Positions 59,316-64,000 of a stretch of 64,000 nucleotides of DNA are shown piece by piece. The notes under the pieces are model-generated. The model saw only the letters and a list, made by a program, of their open reading frames with translations, ran no database searches and had not been told where the DNA came from. The translations under genes were made by a program, and so were the position numbers. Position 1 is the first letter of the stretch. The number at the start of each line of letters is the position of its first letter. Source of the DNA: Blastocladiella emersonii ATCC 22665 (Eukaryota > Fungi > Blastocladiomycota); assembly GCA_025594325.1 (NCBI GenBank), contig JANHCV010000003.1, positions 992,001 to 1,056,000 on the forward strand, written 5' to 3'.

Positions 59316-59797
59316 ATGTCAACACCGCAAACTACAGGTTCAAGGCGGTCTTCCAACACACCGCCGCGCCCGGTTGATGATGCATCAACTCGCGACCACG
59401 AGCGTGAGCGCAGTCTTTATCGGCGCCTTCGCCGCTAGGGGCTCCCTCATCAGCATCGCCGAATACAATGATCTGGTTGGCCGGCTCCTTTCGTGTTCTC
59501 AACCGTGACATTCGCCGCATGGCCACGTCCAATCTTTCTCGCGCGCATCTTTGCAGGCACGCCCTGGCAACTCCTGTTTTCTGCATGTGCGGCGAGCGGG
59601 TGAGGAGTTTGCAGGCTCAACTGGACGATGTATTTGACAGACTGAGCGTCATTCGCGATGATGGGGCGCTGGAGTCTCGGTCGGCTCGGCACCAGGTCCG
59701 CCAGGTGCGCCGTGAAGTCAAGGGGATCCAGGAAATGGCTCGGGGTCTGCAGTCGTCGATGCATGATAGGTTCTCCTTGTATTCGTTGTCAATTTGA
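59316..59797 (+). pseudogene. Orphan helical-family member E (two frameshifts, near 59410 and 59485)
   Basis: Starts ATGTCAACACCG like member F. VFIGAFAARGSLISIAEYNDLVGR is colinear with F IFEGARKITVCLERTNLLAGFIGR. C-terminal RHALATPVFCM..RV..LDDVFDRL..IR..L..SAR.Q.RQ..EV.G..EM matches F. Confidence 0.7.
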
Positions 59798-60025
59798 TTG
59801 TGTGAGTCGGATGGCGGAACTTGTTCTCTCGCGGAGCTTGAAGGTTGATGGATGGTATGATGACTCGAGCTTTGATCCAGTGAACGTTGGCGTTTGCTGA
59901 GGAGTGAGCTCGCTGAAGGAAGTGGCACGCCCCCCGCCGTCGCGAGTGGCTGGGACCGGAGCGGGGGCCAGTCGCGACGAAGTGGAGACATGCACTCTCG
60001 CTCTCCCCGGCCGTCACACAAAAGC

Positions 60026-60494
60026 ATGTCAACACCGAACGCAGAGTGCCCAGAGCAGGCTCTCGGCGCGTCATCGCTCCCATCAGAGCGCGTCTCGACT
60101 CGCAGGCTCAAGCTCGAACGCGAGATCTTTGAGGGCGCCAGAAAAAATCACAGTCTGCCTTGAAAGGACGAACCTCCTCGCGGGATTTATCGGCCGCCAC
60201 TTCGTAAAGGGACTCAAGCCCTGGCTTTTCCGCAAGGACGAGCTCACCAAGCACGCCTTGGCCACTACGATCTTTCGCATGTCCAGCATCCGGGTCGAGC
60301 ATTTACACCTGCTTCTTGACGACGTCCTCGAAAGACTGGACACGATCCGCCCCAGCAAGGTACTAGACAACCATTCGGCTCGACGCCAGCTGCGCCAGCT
60401 GCTCCATGAAGTCGTGGGCATGCACGAGATGGTCGCGGACGCAGAGTTTCTATATTCGGCAGACGTATACGACCTCTACTCGTTGTATTCGTAG
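60026..60494 (+). pseudogene. Orphan helical-family member F (one extra A in an A6 run at 60142-60147)
   Basis: Removing one A fuses MSTPNAEC..EREIFEGARK to ITVCLER..KHALATTIFRMSSIRVEHLHLLLDDVLERLD..LDNHSA..EMVADAEFLYSADVYDL, which aligns with member G (RIEGHLER; KDTFAAEVQLMKVRV; LDPAEA; AEFIRGDVSAL). Confidence 0.7.
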
Positions 60495-60879
60495 TGGCTG
60501 CACAGAGACAAGATAGAATGATTCAGCAGCCTTCTTGCAAGCAGCTGAGGCGAGATCGGCAATACGCTCGTGATGGCGGAGCTGATGGGGCCCGCGATAC
60601 CCCGTGAGCGTACACACGTTTTTGCGGCACGTCCCGAACAGTTCAGCGCTCGTGCTAGCACTTTGGCGCGCATAAAAGCGAACAAAAGAAACGTGCGCGG
60701 TATGTGACCTGCTACAACTCATTTGCGGCGGTGAGGTGTCGGCAACGTTGTTCAGATCGCATGCATGGTACGTTGTGATGGACCAGTCCCGCATTGCAAC
60801 AAAGACTTTGCCAACGAGTGGGCTTGGCCGGTTGAATTGGTGACATGCGCTCTCGCTCTCCCCAGCTGTATTGACAATC

Positions 60880-61470
60880 ATGGAACGCCAGCCTGACGAC
60901 TGTTTCTCAGACATAGACATCAACGAGTTATTGTACCTGCTAGATGTCACAAACATGGCCAAGTTTGAGATGGATCTCTTGATTTCGTCCTGGACCCTTG
61001 ACGAGCTCGCAACTTCAGCCTGTCCTCGCGTTCCTCGTTGTTCGTCGCGTGTGCTGATTATGGCGTGCGCCGTCGCTACATTCATGAACTATAGCCTTGA
61101 CTCGCTTGCGAGAATCGAAGGGCATCTCGAACGTTACGACCATCGCCTCAACCCGGCTACGGCCCCTATCATGAACCCGACCACGGCCATTTGGTGGCGA
61201 CACCTCCCGGTCTTGAGCGATGTTGAAAAGGACACGTTCGCCGCCGAGGTTCAGCTCATGAAAGTCCGAGTCATGGACATTTACGCGCGAATCGACATCC
61301 TGTCCTTGGAGTTTGACGCTCTCTGCGCAGTCGAGGCGACCCTGGATCCAGCGGAGGCGGCATCGCGGATGCACGAGCTGGGCCTGAAATCGGCCAAGCT
61401 GTACGCGATGGCTGAGTTTATCCGTGGAGATGTGTCTGCGCTGAGAGCGCATATTTACAATTCTAATTGA
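60880..61470 (+). CDS. Orphan helical-family member G (intact, 196 aa, intronless)
   Basis: Open from ATG 60880 to TGA. Amphipathic helical pattern. Homologous to C, E and F, and more distantly to A. Confidence 0.7.
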   Translation: MERQPDDCFSDIDINELLYLLDVTNMAKFEMDLLISSWTLDELATSACPRVPRCSSRVLIMACAVATFMNYSLDSLARIEGHLERYDHRLNPATAPIMNPTTAIWWRHLPVLSDVEKDTFAAEVQLMKVRVMDIYARIDILSLEFDALCAVEATLDPAEAASRMHELGLKSAKLYAMAEFIRGDVSALRAHIYNSN

Positions 61471-62149
61471 TCCATCACACTAAAATTTCAAGCTCGCCGT
61501 AGTGGACCACGCGTGCTGCAAGTAACAGCTCGCAATCGCCCAGTCATCGCGCGTCGCCGCCACGCGAGGCGGCCGCGCGTTAGAGCCACGACGGCTGCTT
61601 GAAAGCAAACGAACGCCAAGTCGATGAACTTCAGCACCGCTGTACCAGTTCACCGGCGGCTCGAGCGAAAGCAAGGGTGCTGGGAAAGGTGGCCTTGTCA
61701 CAGCTTCGTGATGGTGATCCTGATCGGGCGGCGGCGCCACACGCGTGACCCTCACCCCTCACTGCACCTCACACCACACCGCTCGCTATGATACACCTCT
61801 CGAGCTCACGCGATGTGGCCGGCACGGCAACCAAGCGCACCGTAGACAATGTGCAACCCGCCACACTCTGCTGAGGCAGCTTAACGCTGGGGCGCGCGAC
61901 GCCCTCGCTGTTGGGCACGATCCGGGCGTTGTCCAGATCTCACGCATGGGTGGCACTACGCGATGGAGCCGATGCGCCTTACCACAGTCTGGACCGAATT
62001 TGCGCTCGGCGCTGCCGACCTGCTTCAGATCAGGCGGGATCGCGAGGCCGGCGACGCGACGGTGGACGCGACGTGACGCGTGGCGGCGGTTTCGACTCAC
62101 AGCGCGTCAGCGGCCCACGCTCTCTCTCTCGCAGCGCAGCAAAGCCACC

Positions 62150-62949
62150 ATGACCGTTGAATCAAATGTAACACCACCGCCGCCGCAGGATGCCGAGACC
62201 ACCATGACGATACCTGCGCTCCCGTTCCCCGTCGCCATGTCGCTCGCCGTCCTGGAACACGCCGGAACCGCGCCAGGAACCGACGCCGTCCGCGCGGCCG
62301 TTCGCGAGCGCACGGCGCCCATGAGCGATGCGGATAGGGAGCCGGTCGCCGTGGACGTGTTGTTCGACGATCCGCGCGTCGGTTTCGCGCAGACGCTCGC
62401 CGACTTTGCCGCTGACGGGCTCGTGCGTGTCTCGGACGGCAACGAGGGCAAGTCGTGGGAGCTGACCGACGCAGGGACGGAGTACCTGACGTACGCCACG
62501 GTAGTGCTCCTCCATCGACTGCGACAGCGGCTAACGGTTTGCCGTGTAGCGAGCTGCGGCGCAACGCGGCCGACGCGGCGTGGCTCGACCTCGTGGTACG
62601 TCTCAGCCGCGACTTTCTCGCGAAGCTGCTGGACTCACCCTGCCTGTTCGATTAGACGGCCGAATTTGGCCAGTTCCTCGCGGCGCTGTCTCACCGGCAC
62701 CGTGCGCAGGCCGGGCTCGACACCGCGGTTGCCGCGCTCGGCGAGCGTGGGACGAGCGAGGCGGACGCGATCGCGGCGCTGGAGGCGCACGTCAGCAACC
62801 TGCACAAGTACAACGAGTACCAGGACCTGGCGCAGACGGCCATGGGCCAGATCGCGGTCCTCGACGGCGTGACGGTCAAGCGCGTGTACCAGGACCTGGG
62901 CATCGAGCTGCCCGCGGAAGCGCCGGCGCGGGCGCGGAGGAGCGTGTGA
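62150..62949 (+). CDS. SWI5: Swi5/Sae3-family recombination mediator with an N-terminal winged-helix-like domain; join(62150..62490,62550..62595,62656..62949)
   Basis: C-terminal LEAHVSNLHKYNEYQDLAQTAMGQIAVLDGVTVKRVYQDLGIE fits the Swi5 pattern H...LH.YNE..D......G.IA...G.T....Y. Two canonical introns are in phase. Confidence 0.75.
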
Positions 62950-62994
62950 AGCGAGCTGTGCGGGTGATGCGATGTGGAGTATGTATAAAAGATG

Positions 62995-64000
62995 CTACTG
63001 GAACTGGGCCTTGGCGACGTTGCTGTACTCTGGTGGCGCGTTGTCGTACTGGTCGACCAGCAGGTCCTTGCGGTGCTTCTCGAACCATGCCACGAGGTCG
63101 CGGACCTGCGCGACCACGGCGTCGAGCGCCTCGGCGTCCAGCCCGGCGGTCGCGACGACGCGCGGGAACTCGACTAGATTAAGGGGTGAGCGCGCGCGGG
63201 ACGGAGAATCAGACGAAAAGGACGTACCGAACAAGCGAAGCAGATGCTCCCCGCCGTACAGCGTCGACGCGGCGCGGTCAGGGAAGGCGCGCAGAATCTC
63301 GAGGTACTGGAGGCGCTCGAACCGGTACAGGAGCAGGCTGCCGAGGGCGCGGTCAAAGTAGGCGCGCAGGCCCGCCACCGTCTCGTTGAGCACGTCGACC
63401 GCGTGCGTGTCCTTGGCCTTGTCCTTGTCCTTGTCCTTGCTGTCGATGTCGCCCGAGCCAGCGAGCAGGTCCTTGGCGCGCTCGTCGCGGTACCGCTCGA
63501 GGATATCGGCGACGGAGGGCGTGCGCGGGAGCGGGACGAGCTGGGCGTTGGAGATGCGGGCCCAGTCGTCGACCAGGTCGGCCTTGAGCTCCATGGGGAT
63601 CGGGATCAGCTGGTGCTTGTCCTCGTCGGCGGCCTGGCGCACCGCGGCGCGCGCGGCTTTCGACAGGGCAATGGGCCGGTCGCGGTCGCGGCGCGACGCG
63701 GCGGACGTGGAACCGAGTCCCGAACCCGTGTCCGAGTCGCGGTGCTGTTGCTGCTGCTGCTGCTGCTGCAGCTGGTGGTAGCTCGCGGACCGGTCCTTGG
63801 CGGACGGCGTCGTCGCGCCCGTTGGAGCGGTGCCGAGCGACGACGTGGTTGGGGTGCCGCTCGGCTCGCCGGCGGTCGCAGCAGCAGCGGCAGCCGAGGA
63901 CGCGGAAGCGGACGAAGACGTTCCCTTGCGCTGTTTGCTCTCAGCGACGAGCTGGCGCATCAGGGTGAGGTTGGCGGGCTGCCACTTGAGCATGCGGCCG
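62995..64000 (-). CDS. EAF3: Eaf3/MRG15 (MRG domain), 5'-truncated by the window; intron 63174..63227
   Basis: IPIPMELKADLVDDWARI..LVPLPRTPSVADIL, LRAYFDRALGSLLLYRFERLQY, YGGEHLLRLF|VEFP, YDNAPPEY. Confidence 0.95.
   Translation of the reverse strand, partial: GRMLKWQPANLTLMRQLVAESKQRKGTSSSASASSAAAAAATAGEPSGTPTTSSLGTAPTGATTPSAKDRSASYHQLQQQQQQQQHRDSDTGSGLGSTSAASRRDRDRPIALSKAARAAVRQAADEDKHQLIPIPMELKADLVDDWARISNAQLVPLPRTPSVADILERYRDERAKDLLAGSGDIDSKDKDKDKAKDTHAVDVLNETVAGLRAYFDRALGSLLLYRFERLQYLEILRAFPDRAASTLYGGEHLLRLFGTSFSSDSPSRARSPLNLVEFPRVVATAGLDAEALDAVVAQVRDLVAWFEKHRKDLLVDQYDNAPPEYSNVAKAQFQ

Noticed and set aside
51852-60494. A shared programmed ribosomal frameshift in the orphan family
   Set aside because: The shifts differ in direction, number and position (-1 in C, two in E, +1 in F), no common slippery motif is present, and A and G are intact without one.
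17100-61700. Transposon or endogenous-virus origin of the low-GC islands
   Set aside because: No transposase, RT, integrase, capsid or polymerase motifs, and no LTR or terminal inverted repeats were visible. It is not excluded without a database search.
21808-63227. Stop-free 3n introns (21808-21870, 39667-39732, 41957-42019, 63174-63227) as a regulated retention system
   Set aside because: About a third of short introns are 3n by chance, and GC-rich sequence rarely contains stops. There is no evidence of function.
1-64000. Stop-codon reassignment or an alternative genetic code
   Set aside because: Conserved genes end normally in TAA (RPP2), TAG (MCFD2-like, FIG4, MRPL4) and TGA (TTI1, PRP45). 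Apparent internal stops resolve as introns.
1-64000. tRNA, rRNA or snRNA genes
   Set aside because: No cloverleaf, rRNA-like or snRNA-like sequence was recognised by eye. A tRNAscan-SE or Infernal run would be needed to exclude them.

Overview
GC-rich, intron-containing eukaryotic genomic DNA. The radial-spoke gene RSP3 plus fungal-type Vps10, IQGAP, Eaf3 and Src1 point to a flagellated (zoosporic) fungus; Blastocladiomycota-like is my inference from GC content and short GTRCG..TAG introns. About 19 gene models were built by hand from splice signals: TTI1, an unknown secreted protein, a three-module VPS10, MCFD2-like, a PWWP protein, a GPI-type CAP protein, SNW1/PRP45, RPP2, SSUH2-like, copine, SF1/BBP, Src1/Man1, MYSM1-like, MRPL47, IQGAP, RSP3, FIG4, a PXA-RGS-PXC protein, Swi5-like and partial EAF3. 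Between them lie visibly lower-GC islands (about 17-19, 23.6-26.1, 51.6-53 and 57.9-61.7 kb). These carry a dispersed family of intronless 150-200 aa orphan ORFs: two intact copies and several frameshifted ones, including a tandem trio. Other highlights: the last IQGAP exon appears to sit inside the antisense RSP3 coding exon, the TTI1 start codon appears split by an intron, and Swi5 carries a winged-helix-like N-terminal fusion. No rRNA, tRNA, CRISPR array or transposase was recognised. All homology calls are by eye, with no database search.
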